A stretch of DNA of 64,000 bases, taken from Candidatus Kerfeldbacteria bacterium. Lineage in GTDB: Bacteria > Patescibacteriota > Patescibacteriia > JACPL01. Made by a program: the position numbers and the translations under genes. The stretch lies in the NCBI GenBank assembly GCA_016182525.1, contig JACPGL010000029.1:22997-86996 (forward strand). Reading direction: 5' to 3'. How positions within the stretch are numbered: position 1 is the stretch's first letter; every line of letters starts with the position of its first letter. Below the pieces are notes generated by a model, which worked only from the letters and a program-made list of their open reading frames with translations, was not told where the DNA came from and searched no databases. Positions 9,325 through 20,516 of the stretch are shown here, in pieces.

Positions 9325-10616
9325 ATATTTTCACGGATAATCGAAGCTCCAAGCGCTTGAAGTCGCTCTTCAATCTTCTCGTATCCTCGATCGATCTGCT
9401 CAATATTCAGTATACAACTTTCGCGCTTTGCCACAAGCGCTGCAATAATCATGGTCGCTCCAGAACGAATATCGAAACCCATGATCTCGGTGCCGGTAAG
9501 AGGCGTGGGGCCAACGATCAGGGCGCGATGAGGGTCGCAAATCGTAATGTTTGCCCCCATGCGCACGAGCTCTTCCAGATATTTCTGACGCCCTTCGTAC
9601 ATCCATTCATGAATCAGCGATGTGCCTCGCGCCTGCGTGAGCATCACGGCAAGAGGCGGTAAAAGATCAGGGGAACAGCCGGGATACGGCATGCTATTCA
9701 ATTTGCTCACTCCACGAAGTTCTGCAGGCTTCACAACGCAATCGGTGATCGTGTATTGCCCATCCGGATCGTTTCGTTCGTTTGTGAATGAGAAATCCAC
9801 ACCGGCTTCGTCAAACTTCGCACATTCAAGACGTGAAAATGCCGGGACGATATTCTGGATGATGAGCGAAGAATGTGTCGCGGCAGCAAGCGCGACGAAC
9901 GTTCCTCCCTCAATATGATCGGGCATGATCGTGTGTTCTGCTGCGTGCAGTGTCGAGGCGCCAGTCACTGTCACGTCATGCGTTCCAATACCCTCAATCG
10001 CCACTCCAGTTTTCTGCAAGAACCGACAGAGATCTTGAATGTACGGCTCAGAAGCCGCGTTGTGAATCACCGTGGTGTCAGGAATTTGCGCGGCAGTGAG
10101 AATGACGTTTGCGGTACCGGTCACGCTCATTTCCGTCATGACCACTTCTCCGCCATGCAAATGATCGGCGCGCAAGGTATAAAACTCCCCTGACCCTGTA
10201 ATCTGCATTCCGAGTTTTTCAAGAGCGAGAAAATGCGCGTCTATTGGCCGTGCTCCAATTTTATCTCCGCCCGGGAGCGGCATGCTCATTTCTCCGACAC
10301 GCGGCGTGACCGTACTGAACAAATAGCTGGACATGCGCATTTTTCGCACCGTCTCGGTGTCGAGTTTGGTGATATCAAGGTCGCTCCCTGAAATTTCGAG
10401 CGTGTGCTCATCTTTCCACGTGACGTGAACGCCTAAAGCAGAATAGACATCCACCAAGCGCCGGACATCAAGAATGTTTGGAACATTGTGAAGAATCGAG
10501 GTCCCTTGTGTAAGCGTCGCAGCAGGAATAATGCACGCCGCGGCGTTTTTTGCTCCACGCGCCTCAATGACGCCAGAAAGAGCCTTTCCTCCCTGAATTC
10601 GAAACTGCTGTGCCAT
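9321..10616 (-). CDS. murA: UDP-N-acetylglucosamine 1-carboxyvinyltransferase
   Basis: MAQQFRIQGGKALSGVIEARGAKNAA is a MurA N-terminus. The protein is 431 aa. An ATGA overlap links it to ctpA. Confidence 0.95.
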   Translation of the reverse strand: MAQQFRIQGGKALSGVIEARGAKNAAACIIPAATLTQGTSILHNVPNILDVRRLVDVYSALGVHVTWKDEHTLEISGSDLDITKLDTETVRKMRMSSYLFSTVTPRVGEMSMPLPGGDKIGARPIDAHFLALEKLGMQITGSGEFYTLRADHLHGGEVVMTEMSVTGTANVILTAAQIPDTTVIHNAASEPYIQDLCRFLQKTGVAIEGIGTHDVTVTGASTLHAAEHTIMPDHIEGGTFVALAAATHSSLIIQNIVPAFSRLECAKFDEAGVDFSFTNERNDPDGQYTITDCVVKPAELRGVSKLNSMPYPGCSPDLLPPLAVMLTQARGTSLIHEWMYEGRQKYLEELVRMGANITICDPHRALIVGPTPLTGTEIMGFDIRSGATMIIAALVAKRESCILNIEQIDRGYEKIEERLQALGASIIRENI

Positions 10617-10691
10617 AGAATAATTTTCTCGGATCTGATAGAATGAACTTCATCATGATGCCATACTTTTTGCAAACGGTCAACGAAAAAC

Positions 10692-12041
10692 ATGGATATT
10701 AAACTGCGCCGCGGGCTCTATCTTTCGTTCATTCTGGCTTTTATCGTCCTCTCGCCGATTATTCTTGGGTATGCCCGCGGGTATCGGTATTCTTTCCAGC
10801 AAAAGCGCATTGTCCAGACAGGGATTGCGATCTTGGAATCTCAACCAAGCAATGCGAATATCGTTATTGACGACCAACCGACCGATATGCGCACGCTTGC
10901 AACGATAAAGAATCTTCGTCCCAACGATTACGTTTTTACCGTCAGAAAAGACGGCTACGCCCCGTGGTCAAAGAAGCTCACGATCAGCGCAGGCGCGGCG
11001 ACGATTGCTGATCGGATTACGCTTTTTCGAGAGCAGCCTGAACAAAAGAATGTGCGTGACGATCTTCTCACGCTCGCTCTCCGCTCAAGACGCGAGGAAA
11101 TTCTGTATACCGTCAAGAGAGAGGACGGCGCGACAGAACTCCATCGCTACCATACCGGTTCTGCAAGTGATATTCTGATTTACGAAACACTGGATCCAAT
11201 CGAATCGTACACACTTTCGCGTCATGGAACAGCGGTGTTGATCTCTCAAACGCCCGCGGTCGGGAATCCACGCGTCATTGTTCAAAATACCTATCGCCCA
11301 TCAGACAACATTCCCCTCTCCGATCTGGTGGATGTGCCGATCCTCACCACTCGCTGGTCGGAGGATTCCGATGATGTGGTTTTTGTGCGGTCGGCAGAAA
11401 AATCCTTCATTGCCAATCTCTCCACTCGGCGCGTTCTTGAACTCGATCTGAAGGAGTTTGAAAATGCGGTGTACTTTCTCACGCATGTGCATCTCTATAC
11501 TGTTCAAAACGGAGTCCTCACCATGATCAACACGGAAGACCAAAAGCGTCAAATCCTCTCTGAAGGAATTACTGGGAGCATTTCCACGTGTCCATATTCG
11601 TCAGATCGACTGGCGATCAGTTCGCTCAAGAATCAAAAATTCATGATCCTCACTGATCTTGAAAACTCGCCCAAGATTCACACGCTCGATCAGCGCGTCA
11701 CAGGATGCGAGTGGTCGCATGACGGGAGTGAGCTGTTATTTTGGAATGAGTTTGAGATCGGCGTGTACTCAATCAAGACGCGAGTCACGGAGATTCTGAA
11801 TCGGGTGAGCACTCCTATTCGACTTGTGCAGTTTTTCCCGAATGAGTTTGCAGTTGTGGTTCTTACGGAAGATGGAACCGTTTCGGCGCTTGAACGCGAC
11901 GGCCGTGACCGGAGAAATCATTCTGTACTTGGAGAGGATGTGGATTTTTTTACGCTTTCAAATGATGGGAAAAGTCTCTTCGTTGAGAGAAAGGATGATG
12001 CAACAGGCTTTTTGAGTCTTGAATCGTTGACTATTCAGTAA
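10692..12041 (+). CDS. PEGA-domain protein with N-terminal TM anchor and C-terminal beta-propeller-like region
   Basis: It has an N-terminal TM (LYLSFILAFIVLSPIIL). The PEGA-like segment is ANIVIDDQPTDMRTLATIKNLRPNDYVFTVRKDGYAPWSKKLTI. Confidence 0.55.
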   Translation: MDIKLRRGLYLSFILAFIVLSPIILGYARGYRYSFQQKRIVQTGIAILESQPSNANIVIDDQPTDMRTLATIKNLRPNDYVFTVRKDGYAPWSKKLTISAGAATIADRITLFREQPEQKNVRDDLLTLALRSRREEILYTVKREDGATELHRYHTGSASDILIYETLDPIESYTLSRHGTAVLISQTPAVGNPRVIVQNTYRPSDNIPLSDLVDVPILTTRWSEDSDDVVFVRSAEKSFIANLSTRRVLELDLKEFENAVYFLTHVHLYTVQNGVLTMINTEDQKRQILSEGITGSISTCPYSSDRLAISSLKNQKFMILTDLENSPKIHTLDQRVTGCEWSHDGSELLFWNEFEIGVYSIKTRVTEILNRVSTPIRLVQFFPNEFAVVVLTEDGTVSALERDGRDRRNHSVLGEDVDFFTLSNDGKSLFVERKDDATGFLSLESLTIQ

Positions 12042-12861
12042 GGTATGCGCAAAGAGCCTTTTGCCACGAGCGAAGCGGCGGCATTTTTGTGTTGTGCAAG
12101 GAGGAGGTGGCCGGACGTTTCGTTGGTGTAGGGTAATCTTTTGTCTGGATCGGGGTCACGGTGACAGCGCTTTTCGAAAGTGAAAAAATCTCGCAAGCAA
12201 AGGCGTACCATGTGGTCTCTTCTTCGTTCACGGCGTGGTAGATGCCGTACGGATAGTGATTCGCGTGCTCAAGAAGGAAGCGTGTTGCGAGTGCAACATC
12301 TTTTGTCCAAGTCGATTTGCCGTGCTGATCATTCACGACTCGTATCTCTGATTTTTCGCGAGCAAGGCGGAGCATCGTATCGACAAAATTCTTACCGTTT
12401 TTCCCGTAGAGCCAGGAGGTGCGAAGAAGATAATACGCATCGCTGTTCAGGGCGAGTTGCCGCTCCCCTTCGACTTTTGAACGCCCATAGGCGCCAATGG
12501 GATGAACCGGATCATCTTCGCGATATCCCTCTTTACGCGCTCCATCAAAGACATAATCCGTGCTGTAGTGCACCAACACAGCTTTCGCCTTTTTTGCTGC
12601 ACGCGCAAGGATGCCAACGGCTTCTCCATTGATCTGTGTGGCGAGCGCTTCTTCAGATTCTGCGCCATCGACATTGGTATATGCCGCGGCGTTGATCACG
12701 ACAGTGGGTTTCACCTCTTCTAACGTCCGCCGAACTTGTAACTCGTTCGTAATGTCGCAGTTGGACTGATCACGTCCAATCGGCGACAAATCAGAAAACA
12801 CCTCCATCAGGTCTGTCCCCAACATGCCCTTCGCCCCGAAAATAAGAAGTTTCATACTCAT
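12031..12861 (-). CDS. rfbD: dTDP-4-dehydrorhamnose reductase
   Basis: MKLLIFGAKGMLGTDL...VINAAAYTNVDGAESE...YSTDYVFDG is a typical RmlD sequence. Confidence 0.9.
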   Translation of the reverse strand: MSMKLLIFGAKGMLGTDLMEVFSDLSPIGRDQSNCDITNELQVRRTLEEVKPTVVINAAAYTNVDGAESEEALATQINGEAVGILARAAKKAKAVLVHYSTDYVFDGARKEGYREDDPVHPIGAYGRSKVEGERQLALNSDAYYLLRTSWLYGKNGKNFVDTMLRLAREKSEIRVVNDQHGKSTWTKDVALATRFLLEHANHYPYGIYHAVNEEETTWYAFACEIFSLSKSAVTVTPIQTKDYPTPTKRPATSSLHNTKMPPLRSWQKALCAYLTE

Positions 12862-13280
12862 TCAAAGATATAGCCCACGGGTCCTGTCAGCGGGCACCCT
12901 GTCACACCTCGCTCCACGCTCGCTTCGCTCCCAGCTACGCTCGGTGTGACCGCTTTCCCGCTGCCACCCGTCGTGACCTCACCTCTTGAGAAGATGTGGA
13001 ACGACAGCCAGAATACGTTCGAGAACCACTTCCCGAGGAGGGGGTAAGGAGATCGCGAGAACGGAAAGGGGTCGCGGAGGAGGCTCCGGAGGCCCGAGCG
13101 GGCATGGATGCCGGTCGAATCGACCGGCAGAGCGAGGGCCGAGGAAGAGCGCAAAATCCTCGCAGGGGATTTTGACGCGTACTCCGAAGCGACACCTTTC
13201 CGGGCTCGCGGATTTTTGAGAGATCCTTCGACTCGCTTTGCTCGCTGAAGGCATGACAGTTCTGCTGGTGACTCAAGCGA
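12862..13280. other. High-GC (~63%) noncoding element A between rfbB and rfbD. It contains a perfect 17-nt palindrome (ccggtcgaatcgaccgg, 13111-13127) and shares motifs with element B.
   Basis: No protein-like ORF is present; only low-complexity ORFs of the kind expected from GC bias. It shares GAGATCCTTCGAC...ATGACAGTTC and CGCTTTGC(C)TCG motifs with 17055-17264. Confidence 0.4.
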
Positions 13281-14282
13281 TTAAGAATTCTGATACTGCT
13301 TTTTGTAGTACTCGAGATACTCGCCGCTCTTGAGCGGTTTCCACCACGACTCATTCGCTTTGTACCACTCAATGGTCGCCTCAAGCGCGCGGTCAAGGTC
13401 ATATTCAGGTTTCCATCCAAGTTTAGCGAGTTTGGACCAATCAAGAGAATACCGACGGTCATGGCCAAGCCGGTCTTTGACATACTCGATCATGTCCTCG
13501 GACGTGCTCATGGCGGCAAGAATCTTTTTTGTCAGCTCAAGGTTTGTGATTTCATTGCCCGATCCGATGTTGTACACTTCTCCGATCTCCCCTTTTGTCA
13601 TGATCGTATCAATGGCTCGGCAGTAGTCTTCGGTATAAATATACTCGCGAACATTCAATCCATCACCATAGAGCGGAACTTTTTTCCCTTCCATCAGGTT
13701 GGTAATGAACAGCGGGATCACTTTTTCGGGATACTGATACGGCCCAATGAAATTCACACTGTGTGTCACGATGACTGGCGTTCCATATGTTCGAAAATAC
13801 GCGCGGCACAGGTGATCGCCACCGGCTTTTGAGGCGGAATATGGGCTATTGGGTTCGAATGGACTTTCTTCGGTAAATTTTCCCTTTTCAATACTGCCAA
13901 ACACTTCGTCGGTCGAAATTTGGATGAATTTGCCCGTTCCGTGCTTTTTGATGGCTTCGAGAAGCGTGTACGATCCCAGCACATCCGTCATGATAAAGGC
14001 TTTCGGGTCCAAGATCGATCGGTCAACATGGGTTTCTGCAGCAAAGTTCACCACCACATCAGGTTTTGTCTGAAACACACGCTCAACATCTCCCTCGTTT
14101 GCAATGTCACCCTTGATGAACGAATATCGTTTATCACGTTCAACATCGCGAAGATTTTCAAGATTCCCGGCGTAGGTCAGCTTATCAAAATTCACCACCC
14201 GAACGTCTTGATACGTTTTAAGGAGATAGTGGATAAAGTTGGAGCCCATGAATCCTGCTCCGCCGGTAACGAGAATGGTCAT
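13281..14282 (-). CDS. rfbB: dTDP-glucose 4,6-dehydratase
   Basis: [21 protein letters not shown] is an SDR N-terminus and the RmlB-type sequence continues throughout. Length is 333 aa. Confidence 0.95.
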   Translation of the reverse strand: MTILVTGGAGFMGSNFIHYLLKTYQDVRVVNFDKLTYAGNLENLRDVERDKRYSFIKGDIANEGDVERVFQTKPDVVVNFAAETHVDRSILDPKAFIMTDVLGSYTLLEAIKKHGTGKFIQISTDEVFGSIEKGKFTEESPFEPNSPYSASKAGGDHLCRAYFRTYGTPVIVTHSVNFIGPYQYPEKVIPLFITNLMEGKKVPLYGDGLNVREYIYTEDYCRAIDTIMTKGEIGEVYNIGSGNEITNLELTKKILAAMSTSEDMIEYVKDRLGHDRRYSLDWSKLAKLGWKPEYDLDRALEATIEWYKANESWWKPLKSGEYLEYYKKQYQNS

Positions 14283-14291
14283 AGAGAGAGT

Positions 14292-16497
<2,206 letters not shown>

Positions 16498-16514
16498 ACG
16501 AAAGTGGCAAAAGC

Positions 16515-17054
16515 TTAGCTTTGGACATGCGAAAGATAGAGGAGGTATGCGGCGAGTGTGAGAGAATCGGTGATTTCACCAGCGCGTATCATATCCTGAA
16601 ATCGCGCTTGTGTCACTGTTTTCTGGGGGAGCCGGCCTTCATGTTCATCGGGCTGGAATGCATCACTCGAAAAAAGCTTGCGACCAAGATACACAAATGC
16701 CTTCTGCGCTACCGTCCCAGGTGCGACCTCAAACTCACCGATGAGCGTAAACTCTTTTGCATCATACCCGGTTTCTTCAATGCATTCTCGTCGTGCTCCC
16801 TCTTCTGGCGTTTCACCGGCTTCTGAAGCTCCCATGGGAAATTCCCACGAGCGCTGTTTCTGCAAATACCGATACGGGTGCACAAGAAGAAACTGATCGT
16901 CGTGGGTCACCGGGACGACGATGCAACAAGGAAGTTTTTCGATGTAGTGATACTTCCCGCGCGATCCATCTGACCGCTCAAACTCGTCAATACGATACGT
17001 GTGAAACGGATTTTCGTCAACAATTTTTGAGGAGAGTGTTTTCCAGATAGTCAT
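16515..17054 (-). CDS. NUDIX hydrolase
   Basis: It carries a canonical Nudix box: GASEAGETPEEGARRECIEETGY. Confidence 0.75.
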   Translation of the reverse strand: MTIWKTLSSKIVDENPFHTYRIDEFERSDGSRGKYHYIEKLPCCIVVPVTHDDQFLLVHPYRYLQKQRSWEFPMGASEAGETPEEGARRECIEETGYDAKEFTLIGEFEVAPGTVAQKAFVYLGRKLFSSDAFQPDEHEGRLPQKTVTQARFQDMIRAGEITDSLTLAAYLLYLSHVQS

Positions 17055-17074
17055 AGAAGTACAGGAAAGGGTAA

Positions 17075-17251
17075 GTGGGTAAAGAAGGATGCTGTGAAGG
17101 GGATTCCGCAGCGCGAGCGGCCATGGTGTCCCGAACTGAGATCCTTCGACAAGCTCAGGATGACAGTTCGGGACGAGCGAGCGCGAGGCAAAGCGCGGCC
17201 GACGCGGTGGGTCGGCCGACGCGGCCCCTGAACAGCACCTTCTTTACCCAC
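17075..17251. repeat. Element B: a ~177-bp high-GC noncoding element bounded by 20-bp imperfect inverted repeats (17075-17095 gtgggtaaagaaggatgctgt; 17232-17251 acagcaccttctttacccac). It also has an internal 11-bp perfect stem (gtcccgaactg / cagttcgggac).
   Basis: The inverted repeats can be read directly. It lies between the rfbC stop and the nudix start and shares motifs with element A. Confidence 0.4.
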
Positions 17252-17264
17252 GACATCATCCCCC

Positions 17265-17819
17265 TTAGCTTGGCGTGTAGTCCCAAAATCCTTGGCCAAA
17301 GGAGTCAATGGGCAAGCGATACTCATCGCTCTTCTTCACGTCCGGCGAGAAGTGTCGGTTCACGAAGTAGAACAGCTCTGAATGCTCTGAAAGGGCTTTG
17401 TATCCATGGGCAACTCCGCGTGGAATGTATAAAAGATGGGCTCGGCCGGCACCCAAAACGAGCCGTTGAACCACGTCGTGCGTTTTCGAATCTTTTCGGC
17501 AATCTTTCAGGCCAATGAGCAATGTCGACGATGGCGGAACAAACCACACATCCTCTTGATTCATGTGGAGGTGCACGCCTTTCACTCTCCCTTTTTCCAA
17601 CACCGACCAACTAAACTGCGCCGGCACAAAACCAGCGAATCCTTGGAGCGCGCCTTTTGCCTCGGCTCGAACAATTTCAACAAACTCTCCACCATCATCG
17701 ATAAACCGTTTTGATTCGCTGACGACTACTCCAACGACTTTTTCGCGAGCGGAATAATCTTGCTTGGTGAGATCGGCATTTGCCGTCTCAGTTAACTCTT
17801 TCTCAGTCAATTTTTTCAT
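17265..17819 (-). CDS. rfbC: dTDP-4-dehydrorhamnose 3,5-epimerase
   Basis: The protein is 184 aa with a cupin RmlC-like sequence (GVHLHMNQEDVWFVPPSSTLLIGL...YIPRGVAHGY). Confidence 0.9.
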   Translation of the reverse strand: MKKLTEKELTETANADLTKQDYSAREKVVGVVVSESKRFIDDGGEFVEIVRAEAKGALQGFAGFVPAQFSWSVLEKGRVKGVHLHMNQEDVWFVPPSSTLLIGLKDCRKDSKTHDVVQRLVLGAGRAHLLYIPRGVAHGYKALSEHSELFYFVNRHFSPDVKKSDEYRLPIDSFGQGFWDYTPS

Positions 17820-17827
17820 AAAAAGTG

Positions 17828-18550
17828 TTAATCATCGTTTTCGCCCGCGAGTCGAGCCGCGAGTTTATACGCACGATATAATGAAGAGAATGTGCCGGCG
17901 TCGATCCATTCCCCTTTCACCGTCTCGACGTCGAGCTCGCCGAGCTTGAGATAGGCATTATGAACCTCGGTGATTTCAAGTTCTCCACGAGCAGACGGTT
18001 TGACGTGCTTTGCAATATCAACAACGCGGTTATCATAGACATACAATCCTGTGACGGCGTAATTGGAATCGGGTTGTTTTGGTTTTTCTTCAATACGCGT
18101 TGCTTTTCCTTCGTGATCAAACCACACCACGCCAAATCGCTCAGGATCAGGAACCTCTTTGGCAAACACTTTTCCGCCGCTTTTGAAACTTTGAATTTCT
18201 TGTGAAAGATCGTCCTCAAAAATGTTGTCTCCAAGAATCATGGCCACATCCTCGTGATCCAAAAAATCTTCACCGATAATAAACGCCTGCGCCAAACCCT
18301 CAGGCTTATCTTGAATTTCGTAGGTGAACTTCGCTCCGAACTCACGCCCCGAACCAAGAAGCCGCAAATAATCCCCTGCCCGATCCGGCGCAACAATAAC
18401 CAAGATCTCCTTGATCCCCGCTTTGAGAAGCGTCTCAAGAGGATAAAAAATCATCGGTTTGTTGTAGATCGGCAAAAGTTGCTTACTCGTCACTTTGGTC
18501 AGGGGCGAAAGACGAGATCCGGCTCCGCCAGAAAGAATAATCCCTTTCAT
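17828..18550 (-). CDS. rfbA: Glucose-1-phosphate thymidylyltransferase
   Basis: MKGIILSGGAGSRLSPLTKVTSKQLLPIYNKPMIFYPL is a canonical RmlA N-terminus. The ATG at 18548-18550 was used as the start. The listed ORF begins at an upstream TTG. Confidence 0.9.
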   Translation of the reverse strand: MKGIILSGGAGSRLSPLTKVTSKQLLPIYNKPMIFYPLETLLKAGIKEILVIVAPDRAGDYLRLLGSGREFGAKFTYEIQDKPEGLAQAFIIGEDFLDHEDVAMILGDNIFEDDLSQEIQSFKSGGKVFAKEVPDPERFGVVWFDHEGKATRIEEKPKQPDSNYAVTGLYVYDNRVVDIAKHVKPSARGELEITEVHNAYLKLGELDVETVKGEWIDAGTFSSLYRAYKLAARLAGENDD

Positions 18551-18846
18551 AAAAGGTTTGATGTTAAAATCCAAAAAAGAACACTTGCTGCAAGCGTGAT
18601 GGCATACGGGATCGTAATAATCTTTTCTTCATGCTCTCGAGCGGCGAAAGACGCGAGAAGTGCAAGAAAGAAAAGCAGCGCAACGGCCGTTATCCATGAA
18701 CGAATCGAAAACACAAAAGAAACCATCCCGGGGAATATTTCTTCAAGACCAAGAAGGACGAATGTTGTGACCAGAAAAACTTTCCCGAAAAAGACGGAGA
18801 GGTCTCCTACAGATGCCGCGATAGATTTCCAGTGTTGGATAGTCAT
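18547..18846 (-). CDS. Small polytopic membrane protein (99 aa, ~3 TM), function unknown
   Basis: It has three hydrophobic helices. ATGA-type overlaps link it to both flanking genes, suggesting a real, co-translated gene. Confidence 0.45.
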   Translation of the reverse strand: MTIQHWKSIAASVGDLSVFFGKVFLVTTFVLLGLEEIFPGMVSFVFSIRSWITAVALLFFLALLASFAAREHEEKIITIPYAITLAASVLFWILTSNLL

Positions 18847-20399
18847 GAAAGGCGAAAGAAACGTTTGAGGCGAGGAAGAAAATTTTCGAGCGTCAACGGC
18901 TCTTTTTCGAGCACGACCGTGATCTTGTGAATCTTGAAATCGCTTGGATGTGATCCAATCCCTTGTGCAACAAAACGGAAATGCAACGTGTTGTCAACGG
19001 TCTGAACCTGTGTCAGATCAAATTCAGCTTTCGCACTTTTCCAGAATCCATTCTTTTCGGGAGACGAATAGTCGGATGCAATGATATAGTCAACCGTATT
19101 GATATTTGTCGTGGATGTCAGCGTGATGAGCCCTGGATACGGCAGAAATATCTGTTCTTTTGAAAATGCAATAACTCCATCTGTTGATAGTTGAACATCA
19201 TTTTTGGGCACTCCTATCTCGATTGTGTCTTCCGGTGTCGGCACTGCGTTCAGAGAAAGCTTTTCTGTGATTTTGACCCCAGGTTCAGTAAGAGAAAGAG
19301 TGCGTCCATCGAGAGTAATCTCTTGGAGACCAAATGGATGCGACGTCGAAAACGATGCCGACTTCCCCACAATAAAAATGGTGGACGGATCCCGATTCAG
19401 ATCCGGAATGGTGGAGGCATATTCTTCGCTCCCGGCAAGAAAAAGTCCATTTTGAAAAACAAGAACATCTTGTTCGGTCTCGATACTCTGAATGAGAAAA
19501 TCTGAACTCACGTCAAGTTCAACCGTGTGCACTCCTTCCAAAAGATCTGCGACTCGAAAATCGATGGATTGCCGCGCTGAAGCGACGCCACCCGCGGACT
19601 CATCTCCATCATCTTGAATGGTTTGCTCGAACACTTTTTCGTCGTTCGCATTATAGACGTTGAAGTGAAAGCGGTCAGGGCCAAAGCTACGATTCATATC
19701 TTGGAACTGAACAGCAAAAACGAGCGGCTCATCGGGAGAAAGATACGTTTGCATGGTGTGCTTTCCTCGAAGCGGCTTGTCAATTCGAATGCGCTCTTCT
19801 CGGCGTGGAGGCGGAGTGACGCGCTCATACGGTTTGAGGTTGTACCGGTATGCTGCAACAGCCGCATCGCGCGGTGGATTGGCAAGGAAATCTGAAATAG
19901 AAGCATACTGATGAACTGTTTTATTCGTCAGTGGATCAGATGGGCGCTGAAGAAGGGTGACGCCTGCCTGTCCATCACTCTTTCGATCCCAATCGAGTTC
20001 ATCAACCCACCGATTTTGAAGCGGCTTCGAGATGTATAGAGCGCTATTCGGAATGCGCTGCAGCTCCATCTCTACAATATTTTCTCTCGTGTTTTCAAAT
20101 TCAACGTTCATCTTTGCTTTTTGAAACGGGCGCCCTGTATTGAGGGTAAATTCCGCCGGACTCCCAATGACGCGCTGATACGTTACTCCTCTTTCGAGAT
20201 CTTCTTCTGGGAGCGCAACATTCTGACCGGGTTCAAGCTCTGTAAATACTGGCGACTCTTTTCCTAGTTCAAATGAAAACTCTCGCGATCCAAACGGAGC
20301 AAAATACAGAATGCTTAAATAGACAACCAGAGCGACAGGAAGCCCATATCCTGCTCTCTTTACCCATAGCTCGATGTGTCCCCGCGAAATGTGCTGCAT
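18843..20399 (-). CDS. Hypothetical membrane-anchored extracytoplasmic protein (518 aa)
   Basis: It has an N-terminal TM (LPVALVVYLSILYF) and a large soluble domain. No family was recognised. Confidence 0.5.
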   Translation of the reverse strand: MQHISRGHIELWVKRAGYGLPVALVVYLSILYFAPFGSREFSFELGKESPVFTELEPGQNVALPEEDLERGVTYQRVIGSPAEFTLNTGRPFQKAKMNVEFENTRENIVEMELQRIPNSALYISKPLQNRWVDELDWDRKSDGQAGVTLLQRPSDPLTNKTVHQYASISDFLANPPRDAAVAAYRYNLKPYERVTPPPRREERIRIDKPLRGKHTMQTYLSPDEPLVFAVQFQDMNRSFGPDRFHFNVYNANDEKVFEQTIQDDGDESAGGVASARQSIDFRVADLLEGVHTVELDVSSDFLIQSIETEQDVLVFQNGLFLAGSEEYASTIPDLNRDPSTIFIVGKSASFSTSHPFGLQEITLDGRTLSLTEPGVKITEKLSLNAVPTPEDTIEIGVPKNDVQLSTDGVIAFSKEQIFLPYPGLITLTSTTNINTVDYIIASDYSSPEKNGFWKSAKAEFDLTQVQTVDNTLHFRFVAQGIGSHPSDFKIHKITVVLEKEPLTLENFLPRLKRFFRLS

Positions 20400-20485
20400 G
20401 GTTCAAAGTATGCCTTTTTTCGGGCAAAAAGTCAACATTCTTGCGCGAAAATCTAAAGTGCGATAGTGTAGAGATCGACTTTTCG

Positions 20486-20494
20486 TGATATACT
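20486..20494 (+). promoter_or_regulatory. Candidate extended -10 promoter element (TGaTATACT) upstream of the GT2 gene
   Basis: TG is at 20486-20487 and TATACT at 20489-20494, about 23 nt upstream of the ATG at 20517. Confidence 0.25.
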
Positions 20495-20516
20495 CATCTT
20501 GATTTATTTTTCTGCT

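Noticed and set aside
12862-13280. Possible RNase P RNA (rnpB) on the minus strand in element A. A GGAAAG-containing segment and a 3' ACAGGACCCGUGGGCUAUAUC resemble P4 and the ACAGAACCCGGCUUAUC motif.
   Set aside because: I could not pair a 5' P4 strand with the 3' motif. There is no convincing GGAAAGUCCGGGCUCC or P10-12 elements. Element B shares motifs with A, which argues for a repeat family rather than a single-copy essential RNA. It is left as untested; an Infernal scan is needed.
12935-13483. Listed ORFs in the GC-rich spacer: 12935-13483(-), 12979-13254(-), 12986-13219(+), 12858-13154(-)
   Set aside because: The translations are low-complexity and Arg/Gly/Pro/Ser-rich, typical of random frames in high-GC DNA. 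They overlap rfbB in a wrong frame and have no start context. They are treated as noncoding.
17051-17518. Listed ORFs 17051-17326(-) and 17075-17518(+) across element B
   Set aside because: The same low-complexity character applies. They overlap rfbC out of frame and are explained by GC bias.
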